DNA from: Acidobacteriota bacterium
Lineage (GTDB): Bacteria; Acidobacteriota; CAIWXX01
Direction of reading: 5' to 3'
Length of the DNA stretch: 64,000 bases
NCBI GenBank assembly: GCA_040755995.1
Contig: JBFMAF010000032.1
Span: 33,296 to 97,295, forward strand
Program-made: the position numbers and the translations under genes
The notes under the pieces: model-generated
The model's input: only the letters and a program-made list of their open reading frames with translations
Told to the model about the DNA's origin: nothing
Database searches by the model: none
Shown here: positions 18,746-28,031 of the stretch, piece by piece
Position numbering within the stretch: the stretch's first letter is position 1
Layout: each line of letters starts with the position of its first letter

Positions 18746-19078
18746 GACGTGGGCAGAACAAGCATGAGGACCGCGGAAGTATGCCGACTGAGAGCCATGA
18801 TGAGGCTCGCGACGCTCGTGGAACGCGGTCCATCTGCGGCGATCTGAGCGTGCGGCTCGGAGTGCAACGTCGCGGTTGCCGCCGTATGTCCAGGCGCTGA
18901 TGGCGCACGGAGCCGAGGCATCCGCCGCCGTGCGCGCACAGTCCGCGACCGTGGATCGCGCGCGTCGTCCGGAGCAGGAACTCGCTCCGTCCGGAGCGAT
19001 GTTTCGATTCGTCCCGCGCACAATGACCATACATGTCCTTGTCGCCGTGATGACGGGCTACTTCTGAAGGGAGGACTC

Positions 19079-22000
19079 ATGAGGCAAGCATGGATTCTCG
19101 CGGTCTCACTTGCCGTGCTGCCCCGCAGCGGTGTGGCGCAGGCTTTGAGCGATCTTATCTCTCCGGGCGAGCTCTCGTCGGCGCACGCCAAGTACTCCGG
19201 GGTGAAAAACTGCAATGTCTGTCATGGCGGCGACAGGGATGTCCTGGAATCGAGGTGCGAGGATTGTCACAAGGAATTGGCTGCCAGGATTGTCGCCGGC
19301 AAGGGGTTCCACGCAGACAAGGGCGGGCGCTGCGTGAGCTGCCATAGCGAGCACCTCGGCAAGGACTCCGACATCCGCGCTCTCGACCGGTCGACGTTCA
19401 ACCACGACCAGACGGGCTACAAGCTGGCAGGCAAGCATTCGGCGATCAAGGATTGCGCGCGCTGCCACAAGACGCGGTCCTTCCTCGGGAATCGCACAAC
19501 CTGCCAATCCTGTCACAACGACAGGCATCAGGGGCGACTGCCAAACTGCGAGCAGTGTCATTCATTCGATCGCTCGTTCAAGGAGCCGTCGTTCGATCAC
19601 AGCACCGCGCGCTATGTGCTCACGGGCGCGCACACCCGCGTGGCGTGCTCAGCGTGCCACAAGAACGAAGTCTTTCGGGGTCTGGCGTTCGACCAGTGTG
19701 GCGCGTGTCACACGGATCCACATCGCAAGATGCTGGGCACGGACTGCTCGCGCTGTCACCGGACCGAGCTGTGGAAGGGCGTCCAGGTGCCGCACAAGAC
19801 TTTTCCCCTCGCCGGGAAACACGCGGCCGTGGATTGCGCGAAGTGCCACCCGGAAGGCCGGTGGAAGCTGGCCGCGTTTGGAAAGTGCGCCGACTGCCAC
19901 AAGGACAAGCACCTGGGGCAATTCAAGCAGCCGTGCGAGGACTGTCACTCTGTGAACGGCTTCAAGCCGGCCAAGTTCAACCACGATCGTTTCAAGCTTG
20001 AGCTGAAGCATGCGATCGATTGTCAGAAGTGCCACAAGAGCGAGAAGGGCGCCTTCCCGGCGGGCACCGGCACTACCGTTCGATACAAGCCGATGAATGC
20101 CGCCTGCGCATCCTGCCACAAGGACCCCCATGCGCAGCAACTCGGGGCGAAGTGCGAGAACTGCCACACTATCGCTTCCTTCAAGCTGACGGGATTCGAT
20201 CACTCGAAGGCCCGCTACCCGTTGGACGAGAAGCACGCCAAGGTGGCGTGCGAAAAGTGCCACAAGAAGGATGCCAAGACAGGCGGGGTGATTTACAAGC
20301 CGCTGGCGATGAACTGCGGTGCCTGCCATTCGGACGTGCACCTGGCGCAGCTCGGCCAGAACTGCGAACGCTGCCACGCTCCGGCGCGATTGCTGTTCAC
20401 TCACACCATGACGACCTACCCGCTCGAAGGCAAGCACGCGAGCGTCTCCTGCGAGAAGTGCCACAAGAAGGAGAAGGGGACCTTCCCCGCGGGCGCCGGC
20501 GAGGCCGTTCGATACAAGCCGATCGCCCGTGCGTGCGCCACGTGCCACGCCGACTATCACCGCGGTCAGTTCCCACGGGATTGTGCGGCCTGCCATACGA
20601 CGGCCTCGTTCAAGCCCACGTCGTTCGCTCACGCCAAGAGCGAATATCCGCTCAAGGGCAAGCACACCAACTTGCAGTGCGACCGGTGCCACAAGCAGGA
20701 GGTCTTCCCGGCTCCGCCTCCGCCGGCGACCCTCGTACGGTACCGGCCGATGGCGAAGGTGTGCTCTGCTTGCCACCGCGATCAGCACGCCGGCGTCTTC
20801 GGATCCGACTGTGCGAAGTGCCACGACGAACGGACGTGGCACGGGATCAATGCCACGTTCCACAGGTCGACAGCGTTCCCGTTGACAGGCCGGCATGTCA
20901 CGGTACCGTGCGTTTCGTGCCACATCTCTCCCGGGGCCACGCCCACGGCGTGCGAGTCATGCCACATGAAACGGCGGCAGGACGACCCGTTCAGAGGGCG
21001 GCTGGGGCTTGCATGCGCGCAATGCCACAACACTGGCGGCTGGAGTCCCGTGCAGTTCGATCACGGCGCGAGGACCGGGTTTGCGCTTGTGAGCGAGCAT
21101 TCCGGGCTCAGGTGCCAGGCGTGCCACCCGGGACAGATCGAGGCCGTCACGTCGACGTGCGCAGGGTGTCACATGAAGGACTACGACTGGGCGCGAACGC
21201 CGCCGCACAAGGCGATCGGACTGTCTACCGACTGCCGTGTCTGCCACTTCCCGGGCGACGGCGCATGGTCGGCGGGACGGTACACGCACCGGAGCTACCA
21301 GCCGCTGGGCCGGCACTCTGCGGCCGCCTGCGATGCCTGTCACAGTGGTGGTCGATACGCCGGTCTCTCACAGGAATGCTATGCCTGTCACAAACCCGAC
21401 TACGATCGCACGCAGAACCCCAATCACATCAAGGTCGGGTTCTCCACCGATTGCGTGCTCTGCCATCGCGCGGGCGATTCGAGCTGGACTCAGGGCAGGT
21501 TCGACCACAGCGGATTCCCGCTGCAGGGCGGGCACGTCGGACTCGCGTGCGAGAGCTGTCACGAGGGAGGCAAGTACAGCGGTCTCTCGACGGACTGCTA
21601 CTCCTGCCACAGGGCCGATTACGACTCGACGACCAACCCCAATCACAAGACCGCCGGCTTCCCGACAGATTGCATCGTCTGTCACAAGGCCACGGACACG
21701 AGGTGGGAGCAGGGCAGGTTCGACCATAACAGCAGCGACTTCCCCCTGCAGGGGGCGCACGCGAAGCTGGCGTGCGAGAGCTGTCACAAGGGAGGGAAGT
21801 ACTCGGGGCTCTCTCCGGACTGCTACTCCTGCCACAAGGCGGATTACGACGGGACGACAGATCCCAATCACAGGACAGCCGGCTTCCCGACTTCCTGTGT
21901 AGTCTGCCACAAAGCAACAGACACGAATTGGAATCAGGGGAAGTTCGACCACGCCAACACCGGCTTCGCGCTGCAGGGGGCGCACACGAAGCTGGCGTGC

Positions 22001-23500
22001 GAAAGCTGTCACAAGGGAGGGATCTACACCGGGCTATCGCCGGACTGCTATTCCTGCCACAAGGCGGATTACGACGGGACGACAAACCCGAATCACAAGA
22101 CCGCCGGCTTCCCGACCTCCTGTATCGTCTGCCACAAGGCAACAGACACAAACTGGAATCAGGGGAAGTTCGACCACAGCAACACCGGTTTCACGCTGCA
22201 GGGCGCGCACACGAAGCTGGCGTGTGCGAGCTGCCACAAGGGCGGGGTGTACACCGGGCTGTCAGCAGACTGTTATTCCTGCCACAAGGCGGACTACGAC
22301 GGGACGAAGAACCCGAATCACAAGAACGCCGGTTTCCCGACATCATGCCTCCTGTGTCACAAGGCGACGGACCTGAACTGGCGACAGGCGAAGTTCGACC
22401 ACGGGACGACCGGCTTCCCACTGCAGGGCGCGCACACCAAGCTCGTCTGCGAGAGCTGTCACAAGGGCGGTAAGTACACAGGGCTCTCTCCGGATTGCTA
22501 CTCCTGCCACAAAGCAGACTACGACGGGACAGCAAATCCGAATCACAAGAATGCCGGCTTCCCGACATCGTGCGTCGTCTGCCACAAGGCGACGGACACG
22601 AACTGGCATCAGGCCAAGTTCGACCACGCGACGACCGGCTTCGCGCTGCAGGGTGCGCACACCAAGCTCGTCTGCGAGAGCTGTCACAAGGGCGGTAAGT
22701 ACACAGGGCTCTCTCCGGATTGCTACTCCTGCCACAAAGCAGACTACGACGGGACGGCAAATCCGAATCACAAGAATGCCGGCTTCCCGACCTCCTGCAT
22801 CGTCTGCCACAAGGCGACGGACACGAACTGGCATCAGGCCAAGTTCGACCACGCGACGACCGGCTTTGCCCTCCAAGGCGCACACGCGAAGCTCGCTTGT
22901 GCGAGCTGTCACAAGGGCGGGGTCTACGCCGGGCTCTCCAGTGATTGCTACTCCTGTCACAAGGCCGACTACGACGGCACGAAAAACCCCAATCACAAGA
23001 GCGCCGGCTTTCCGACATCCTGCATCGTCTGTCACAAGGCCACCGACACGAGCTGGCATCAGGCGAAGTTCGACCACGCAAATACCGGCTTCCCACTTCA
23101 GGGGGCTCACACCAGTCTCACGTGTGAGAGCTGTCACAAAGGAGGGATCTACGCAGGGCTCTCCACGGACTGCTATTCCTGCCACAAAGCCGATTACGAC
23201 ACGAGCACAAACCCGAATCACAAGAACGCCGGATTCCCGACGGACTGCTCGACCTGCCACTACGCAACCGATACTTCGTGGAACCAGGGCCGCTTCGATC
23301 ACCGATTCCCGATCAGCAGCGGCAGGCACAAGTTCGCGTGCTCGTCGTGCCACACCGATCCCTCCAACTACCGGGTCTTCGACTGCCTGAGCTGCCATCC
23401 CCTCTCGTCCATCCAGGACAAGCATAGAGAGGTAGGCGGGTTCCAGTACACGTCTCAGGCATGCTACGCATGCCATCCGAACGGGACTGCAGACGATTAG
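19079..23500 (+). CDS. Giant secreted multiheme cytochrome c, 60 CxxCH motifs in 20 tri-heme modules
   Basis: GGAGG RBS, signal peptide, SPGELSSAH N-terminus; 60 CxxCH counted by hand; extra His in FDH/GxH/PxH motifs. Confidence 0.95.
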   Translation: MRQAWILAVSLAVLPRSGVAQALSDLISPGELSSAHAKYSGVKNCNVCHGGDRDVLESRCEDCHKELAARIVAGKGFHADKGGRCVSCHSEHLGKDSDIRALDRSTFNHDQTGYKLAGKHSAIKDCARCHKTRSFLGNRTTCQSCHNDRHQGRLPNCEQCHSFDRSFKEPSFDHSTARYVLTGAHTRVACSACHKNEVFRGLAFDQCGACHTDPHRKMLGTDCSRCHRTELWKGVQVPHKTFPLAGKHAAVDCAKCHPEGRWKLAAFGKCADCHKDKHLGQFKQPCEDCHSVNGFKPAKFNHDRFKLELKHAIDCQKCHKSEKGAFPAGTGTTVRYKPMNAACASCHKDPHAQQLGAKCENCHTIASFKLTGFDHSKARYPLDEKHAKVACEKCHKKDAKTGGVIYKPLAMNCGACHSDVHLAQLGQNCERCHAPARLLFTHTMTTYPLEGKHASVSCEKCHKKEKGTFPAGAGEAVRYKPIARACATCHADYHRGQFPRDCAACHTTASFKPTSFAHAKSEYPLKGKHTNLQCDRCHKQEVFPAPPPPATLVRYRPMAKVCSACHRDQHAGVFGSDCAKCHDERTWHGINATFHRSTAFPLTGRHVTVPCVSCHISPGATPTACESCHMKRRQDDPFRGRLGLACAQCHNTGGWSPVQFDHGARTGFALVSEHSGLRCQACHPGQIEAVTSTCAGCHMKDYDWARTPPHKAIGLSTDCRVCHFPGDGAWSAGRYTHRSYQPLGRHSAAACDACHSGGRYAGLSQECYACHKPDYDRTQNPNHIKVGFSTDCVLCHRAGDSSWTQGRFDHSGFPLQGGHVGLACESCHEGGKYSGLSTDCYSCHRADYDSTTNPNHKTAGFPTDCIVCHKATDTRWEQGRFDHNSSDFPLQGAHAKLACESCHKGGKYSGLSPDCYSCHKADYDGTTDPNHRTAGFPTSCVVCHKATDTNWNQGKFDHANTGFALQGAHTKLACESCHKGGIYTGLSPDCYSCHKADYDGTTNPNHKTAGFPTSCIVCHKATDTNWNQGKFDHSNTGFTLQGAHTKLACASCHKGGVYTGLSADCYSCHKADYDGTKNPNHKNAGFPTSCLLCHKATDLNWRQAKFDHGTTGFPLQGAHTKLVCESCHKGGKYTGLSPDCYSCHKADYDGTANPNHKNAGFPTSCVVCHKATDTNWHQAKFDHATTGFALQGAHTKLVCESCHKGGKYTGLSPDCYSCHKADYDGTANPNHKNAGFPTSCIVCHKATDTNWHQAKFDHATTGFALQGAHAKLACASCHKGGVYAGLSSDCYSCHKADYDGTKNPNHKSAGFPTSCIVCHKATDTSWHQAKFDHANTGFPLQGAHTSLTCESCHKGGIYAGLSTDCYSCHKADYDTSTNPNHKNAGFPTDCSTCHYATDTSWNQGRFDHRFPISSGRHKFACSSCHTDPSNYRVFDCLSCHPLSSIQDKHREVGGFQYTSQACYACHPNGTADD
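21500..23293 (+). repeat. Intragenic tandem repeat: one 219-bp unit plus seven 225-bp units (75 aa, three hemes each)
   Basis: TTCGA(C/T)CA anchor at 21500, 21719, 21944, 22169, 22394, 22619, 22844, 23069, 23294. Confidence 0.93.
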
Positions 23501-23579
23501 ATACCGAGGGGCTGCATAAAGCGGGGAGAGGGGAGGCCCGATGTGCTGGCCGAGATCGGACCAGCCCGGCGGGGCCGAA

Positions 23580-23693
23580 CTACGGGACTGCGCACGATCG
23601 AAGCTCGATGCCGGCTCGCCGGAGCAGATCGTATGGAAGCTCCCCGCAGGCGAAAACGAATACGTAATCGTCCGGGATCTCCTCGATGCCCCC
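23580..23693 (-). pseudogene. Possible C-terminal remnant of a thioredoxin-reductase-like FAD/NAD(P) oxidoreductase
   Basis: GGIEEIPDDYVFVFACGELPYDLLRRAGIELR; upstream part of the frame does not look protein-like. Confidence 0.4.
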
Positions 23694-23962
23694 AGCTGTG
23701 CGGAGCATCACGCAGCACCACCGACAATCGCCGTTTTCTGGAGCTTCTCCCGAGCGCGCTTCTCCGCCAGGCGGTAGCGGACCAGGTACGGAAGGACGGT
23801 TGCACCGCAGAAACCGAGCCCGAGCCCGATTATCAGCAAGCTGCTCGTCCCAAACATACTCGCTCGTTCTAAGCGATCGAGACGATTCTGACGTGGTCGC
23901 CGTCACACTTCTGTAGCGGTCTGCAACTTGCTCGAAGTGTGAAAGATGGGCGTTGGGCCCGC

Positions 23963-24754
23963 TCAGAATGCGCGGCTCAGGAGGAGCACCACGGCCTGCG
24001 TGCGCAGCTCCGCCCGTGTCGCGCCGATCGGGATGACCTTGGTCTCGTTGGTCGTAGGCCGGTAACGGATCGCGTCGCCCGCGTCGGTGTTCACTTCACC
24101 GAGGTCGGCATATCTGTATTCGACCTGCAGCATCCATTTCTCGTGCAGCTGCCGGCTGATGCCCGCCCTCAGGTCGAATGCAAAGTCGGACCGCACCCCA
24201 CCCGGTGTCGTCATCGTGTGCGGGACGGCCAGAGTCGGGTACCACATGACGATCTGGTCGACCTTGTTTCGAGACACGCCGAATCCGCCGCCGGCGTAAG
24301 GCTCGAGCGCAAAGAAACGCCAGCCGGTGAGCTCCGAAAAGTCCACCTGGACGCCCACGATCGCCGCGAGTGCTTTCACTTTCCCATGGACCGGCTCGGG
24401 AGCCGGCGGCGTCAGGAAGTCGCTCTGTCCCTCGAACTCCAGCTGCGGGTGGTATCCCACTCGCAGGTCAGTCGTCAGCCAGGGTGACAACTCATAGGCG
24501 ACGCCGGCTCCGACAATCATCGAGCCGCCGAAATCCCCGGCGGCGCGATAGCCGCAGCCGTACAGCGGCGTGGGCGTCTTGATCCGGCAGTTCACGTCGC
24601 GGAACGAGGCATCAGTCGAGAGCTCGTAGCCGATTTCCAGGAGAAGCCGCATCCTTCCGTCGCCGCCTGATGCGCATCGCGAGGCCAGGGCGAAGACAAA
24701 CCCCACCAGCCATACGCGCTTCCAGCAGCTCTGTGACCTGGCGAGCTCTTTCAT
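23963..24754 (-). CDS. Outer-membrane beta-barrel protein (OmpA/opacity-like)
   Basis: GAGVAYEL, EPYAGGGFG, VEYRYADLG, terminal F. Confidence 0.78.
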   Translation of the reverse strand: MKELARSQSCWKRVWLVGFVFALASRCASGGDGRMRLLLEIGYELSTDASFRDVNCRIKTPTPLYGCGYRAAGDFGGSMIVGAGVAYELSPWLTTDLRVGYHPQLEFEGQSDFLTPPAPEPVHGKVKALAAIVGVQVDFSELTGWRFFALEPYAGGGFGVSRNKVDQIVMWYPTLAVPHTMTTPGGVRSDFAFDLRAGISRQLHEKWMLQVEYRYADLGEVNTDAGDAIRYRPTTNETKVIPIGATRAELRTQAVVLLLSRAF

Positions 24755-24781
24755 GACGGCACTCCCATCGCTTCTCGCTCA

Positions 24782-25321
24782 CTACATGAGCGGTAGCACG
24801 ATCCCGGCGGAGTACCTGACGTTGTCCGCAGGCTCCTCGAACGTGTATACGCGCTCGTAGTCGAGCTGGACCGGGCGTATCATGATGTTCCCAATCACCC
24901 TCAAGTCGACGCCTCCGCCCACGGCAAACGCGAACCCGCCGTCGCTCGATGAGGTCTGGCGGACGTCCACTCTGCTGCGAGCCACACCCAGGAGCACGCG
25001 GGCGAACGCCCGGATCGTGCCGCATTCCTCGCAGGAGCTGGCGAGGAGCTGTGGGCCCGCCATGATCGTGTGGGTGCTCACGTCGGCACTCGTTTCACCT
25101 TGGCTGCCGTACGTACCCGCCCCCTCAATCACGAGCAGCAGGTGCTCGTTGATTCTCGCATTCAGCGCCAGGTTCCATCCGTTCATATTGACCGCTTCTT
25201 CATCGCCTGCAGCACTGCGTACGAAACAATATCCTCCGAAGAGCTCCATCTTGGGCACTTCGGCGGCGAAGCCCAGATTCGCCGGCAGCAACATCAGCGC
25301 GAGTGCCATCAGTACCCTCAT
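24782..25321 (-). CDS. Small outer-membrane beta-barrel protein
   Basis: GGAGG RBS, signal peptide, ELFGGY, NGWNL, FAFAVGGGVD, NVRYSAGIV. Confidence 0.78.
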   Translation of the reverse strand: MRVLMALALMLLPANLGFAAEVPKMELFGGYCFVRSAAGDEEAVNMNGWNLALNARINEHLLLVIEGAGTYGSQGETSADVSTHTIMAGPQLLASSCEECGTIRAFARVLLGVARSRVDVRQTSSSDGGFAFAVGGGVDLRVIGNIMIRPVQLDYERVYTFEEPADNVRYSAGIVLPLM

Positions 25322-25520
25322 CGTGCATCCCTCCACCGGTGGCATTCTATACAGCGCGTGATGAGTCCACAACAAATCCCACGAGTGGACGCAGTGTATG
25401 ACGCGCTGTATAGCCCAGAGCTCCGCCGGTTGTCGAAGACCGCTCTCGCGGAACGCACAGGCCGCCTCCCGGCGGGAGGCGGCTGCGGGTGGCCGCAGGA
25501 AAGAAATCGGCTAGATGCCC

Positions 25521-26813
25521 TCAGCGCACGGCGCGGAGGCCCAGGGCGTAGAGATCGCAGTCGCCGCCGTTTCCGGAGAAGTAGACCATCCCGTTGGCGA
25601 CCGCCACCTGTGTGGAGTACTCGGCGTCGTATCCGAGAGAGAATGTGAAGAGCTTCTTCTTGTCCGATTCGCCGATGGCGTACATGTTGGTGTCGGACAG
25701 GAAGTAGATGACGCCGTTGGCGACAGACGGGCTGAAGATGGCGTCGTATCCCATGTAGCGCCACTTCTCGGCTCCGGTCTTGAGGTCGTAGGCGTAGAGA
25801 TACGGGTTGGTGGGCACGTATATCCGCTTCAGGGTCGTGTTGCATGCAACTGCTCCGGTGACTGCGGATGAGGTGTACCTCTTGGACCAGACGATCTTGG
25901 GCGAATTGATGTTGTATGCACAGAGTATGCTCTTCCCGCGGAACACGTCATCGCGGTCGTGGTAGGCGACGATCAACATGTCGTTGCACACGGTGCAGCC
26001 ACCGATGTCATACCACTCCTCGGGAGACGGCCGGTCGTAGTACATCTCGATCTTCCTGGTCTTTGAGTTGATCCTGCCGATCTTGTCGGCTTCCGAGTAG
26101 GAGACGGGGACCACGGCTGTTGCGAAGACCCAGGCGCCCTTGAGCGCCACGTAGTTGCCTCGGAATGCGGCCTTGTCCTTCTCCTTGCTCATGTACCACA
26201 AGACCTTGCCGTTCTGCTTGCTCAGGGCGAAGAGCTTCCCGTCGCCGATGAACAGATTCTCGACAACGTAGATCGTCTTTCTCGCTTCATCGACCGTGGG
26301 CACGCAGTAGGCCGCGCCTTCGAAGCCAAGATCGAAGCCTACCGGTGCCTTCCATAGCTGCTTGCCGTCGGCGCTTCTCACGCCATAGAGACTCGTGGGG
26401 ATCGTTCCCTCCATATAGGCGATCGTTCCGTCCGTACAGACGACCGGCTGCGGCGCCCAGCCCGAGTTGCCATCGCCGTGCTGCCACTGCAGATCTCCGG
26501 TCCGCGCGTCGTAGGCCCGGAGGCAGTCCCCGGCACTCGACGTGAACAGCGTATTCTGGTAGATCGCCGGCGATCTGAAGATCACGCTGAACCAGCCGTC
26601 GTCGCAGCCGATCCCCCATTTCTTCTCGAGATACCTCACGTTCTGCGCGTTGAGCGTCTTCTCCTGGCGATTGTACGAGGTGAACTGGTCGTCGTAGCCG
26701 AAATGGGGCCAGTCGGCGGCGACGGCGACCGAGGCCTCGATGAACCATGACGCGACCACGCAAGCCGCGAATAGGCCCCCAGGGCTCCAGTGTGTCAGCT
26801 TCTTGCGATCCAT
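25521..26813 (-). CDS. PQQ-like beta-propeller repeat protein, secreted
   Basis: DWPHFGYD; repeats AYDARTGDLQW, ALSKQNGKVLW, AYDLKTGAEKWRY; SPSVANGVIY. Confidence 0.85.
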   Translation of the reverse strand: MDRKKLTHWSPGGLFAACVVASWFIEASVAVAADWPHFGYDDQFTSYNRQEKTLNAQNVRYLEKKWGIGCDDGWFSVIFRSPAIYQNTLFTSSAGDCLRAYDARTGDLQWQHGDGNSGWAPQPVVCTDGTIAYMEGTIPTSLYGVRSADGKQLWKAPVGFDLGFEGAAYCVPTVDEARKTIYVVENLFIGDGKLFALSKQNGKVLWYMSKEKDKAAFRGNYVALKGAWVFATAVVPVSYSEADKIGRINSKTRKIEMYYDRPSPEEWYDIGGCTVCNDMLIVAYHDRDDVFRGKSILCAYNINSPKIVWSKRYTSSAVTGAVACNTTLKRIYVPTNPYLYAYDLKTGAEKWRYMGYDAIFSPSVANGVIYFLSDTNMYAIGESDKKKLFTFSLGYDAEYSTQVAVANGMVYFSGNGGDCDLYALGLRAVR

Positions 26814-27066
26814 GATGACTCCTCCCTTCTCGCTTTTCCACCGACACATACTGCAAACACGATGCCATCCAGCGCCAGACGCGGATCCGGCTGAGAATCA
26901 AAGCGTCCCGGCGCGCGAGCGGGGCCCTGGCGCTGCCTCGGATGTCCTCGCCGCTATCCGCCGACCTCCACCCTTGCCGCTCGGTCCTGAAGCAGCACAC
27001 GGGGGCGCCTCGCTTCAAGGCATATCGCGGAGGCCATGCGGGATGGCATACAGGGTATCGCGCCGC

Positions 27067-27597
27067 TCATCTGGCAGGCGGTCCCATCATCGCATCGAGG
27101 CGTCTTGCGCTCAGGAACAGTCGATAAGGGTGACCGGGCATCGATGCGAAATCCCACTTCTGATAGAAGGTCCTTGCCTCATCGTTGATGCAATCGAGGA
27201 TCACCGCAACGAAGGCGAACGTCTTCCCGGCCTCATAGCAGCTCTGCAGGGCGCACGCGAGAAGGGTGCGACCTATGCCCCCGCCCTGATGGGCTGTGCT
27301 GACGCCGAGCCAGGCCAGGACCGCGACGGGCAACGCCCGGCGTGGGAGATGCTTCGTGATCTCGGATGTCAAATCCCCGAAGTCTACCTGGGCGGTCGCC
27401 AGGGTGTAGCAACCGGCGATGCCCCCGTCTCGGTCAACCAGGACCTCCGTCACTGACAATCGCTTTTCTTGGTGCTGCAGCGCTTTTGTGCGAAGCCAGT
27501 CATCCACAGTGCCCTCACCGCACCGGAACGCACTGCGTGGGTGTTCGCGGCGCAGGCACTCGACCCGATACCCGTCCGGGAGCCGGATTGCGGTCAG
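27067..27597 (-). CDS. GNAT-family type II toxin (TacT/AtaT-like); probable CTG start overlapping the antitoxin stop
   Basis: HPRSAFRCGEGTVDDWL, IAGCYTL, LPVAVLAWLGV..HQGGGIGRTLL, VILDCINDEARTFYQKWDF. Confidence 0.87.
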   Translation of the reverse strand: MTAIRLPDGYRVECLRREHPRSAFRCGEGTVDDWLRTKALQHQEKRLSVTEVLVDRDGGIAGCYTLATAQVDFGDLTSEITKHLPRRALPVAVLAWLGVSTAHQGGGIGRTLLACALQSCYEAGKTFAFVAVILDCINDEARTFYQKWDFASMPGHPYRLFLSARRLDAMMGPPAR

Positions 27598-27902
27598 TCT
27601 TCACCTCGCATAATAGCGCCGAGCCGCCGCTGTGCCTCAGTCAGTCTGGGCGCCTCGCTCAGCGCGTTCCAGAACTCCAGTTGTTCTTCCGGTGTCAGGG
27701 CTATCGTTTGTTCATGGGATGCATGCAGTTCGCGTCGTGCCTGTGCCACCATCACCGTTCGCACGTAGTCACTGATGCTTATGTGCCTCAGCTGCGCCGC
27801 CTGGTACAGGTAGCTCTTGCTCTGCGGATCCAGACGCACCATGAGCGACCTTGTGGCCGGTGCCGAGTTGCGCGACCGTCGTGCCGAACGAGATCTGAGC
27901 AT
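27594..27902 (-). CDS. DUF1778 ribbon-helix-helix antitoxin (TacA/AtaR-like)
   Basis: GGAGG RBS; LMVRLDPQSKSYLYQAAQLRHISISDYVR; IALTPEEQLEFWNAL. Confidence 0.87.
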   Translation of the reverse strand: MLRSRSARRSRNSAPATRSLMVRLDPQSKSYLYQAAQLRHISISDYVRTVMVAQARRELHASHEQTIALTPEEQLEFWNALSEAPRLTEAQRRLGAIMRGED

Positions 27903-27923
27903 GCTTAGTCCTCCATTCCCCGC

Positions 27924-27952
27924 ATTGTACTGCAGTTTGCAATACAAATCAA
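27924..27952 (-). promoter_or_regulatory. TA operon promoter with overlapping inverted-repeat operator
   Basis: Minus strand TTGATT-17-TACAAT; inverted repeat TTGTACTGCA-N3-TGCAATACAA (27925-27947). Confidence 0.75.
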
Positions 27953-28031
27953 TCTCGCTGGAGCTGCACAGATCGACGGCATGGTCGTCCGGTCTGCGAA
28001 TGTGAACGAGTCCCACTCAGTCGCACTGTTC

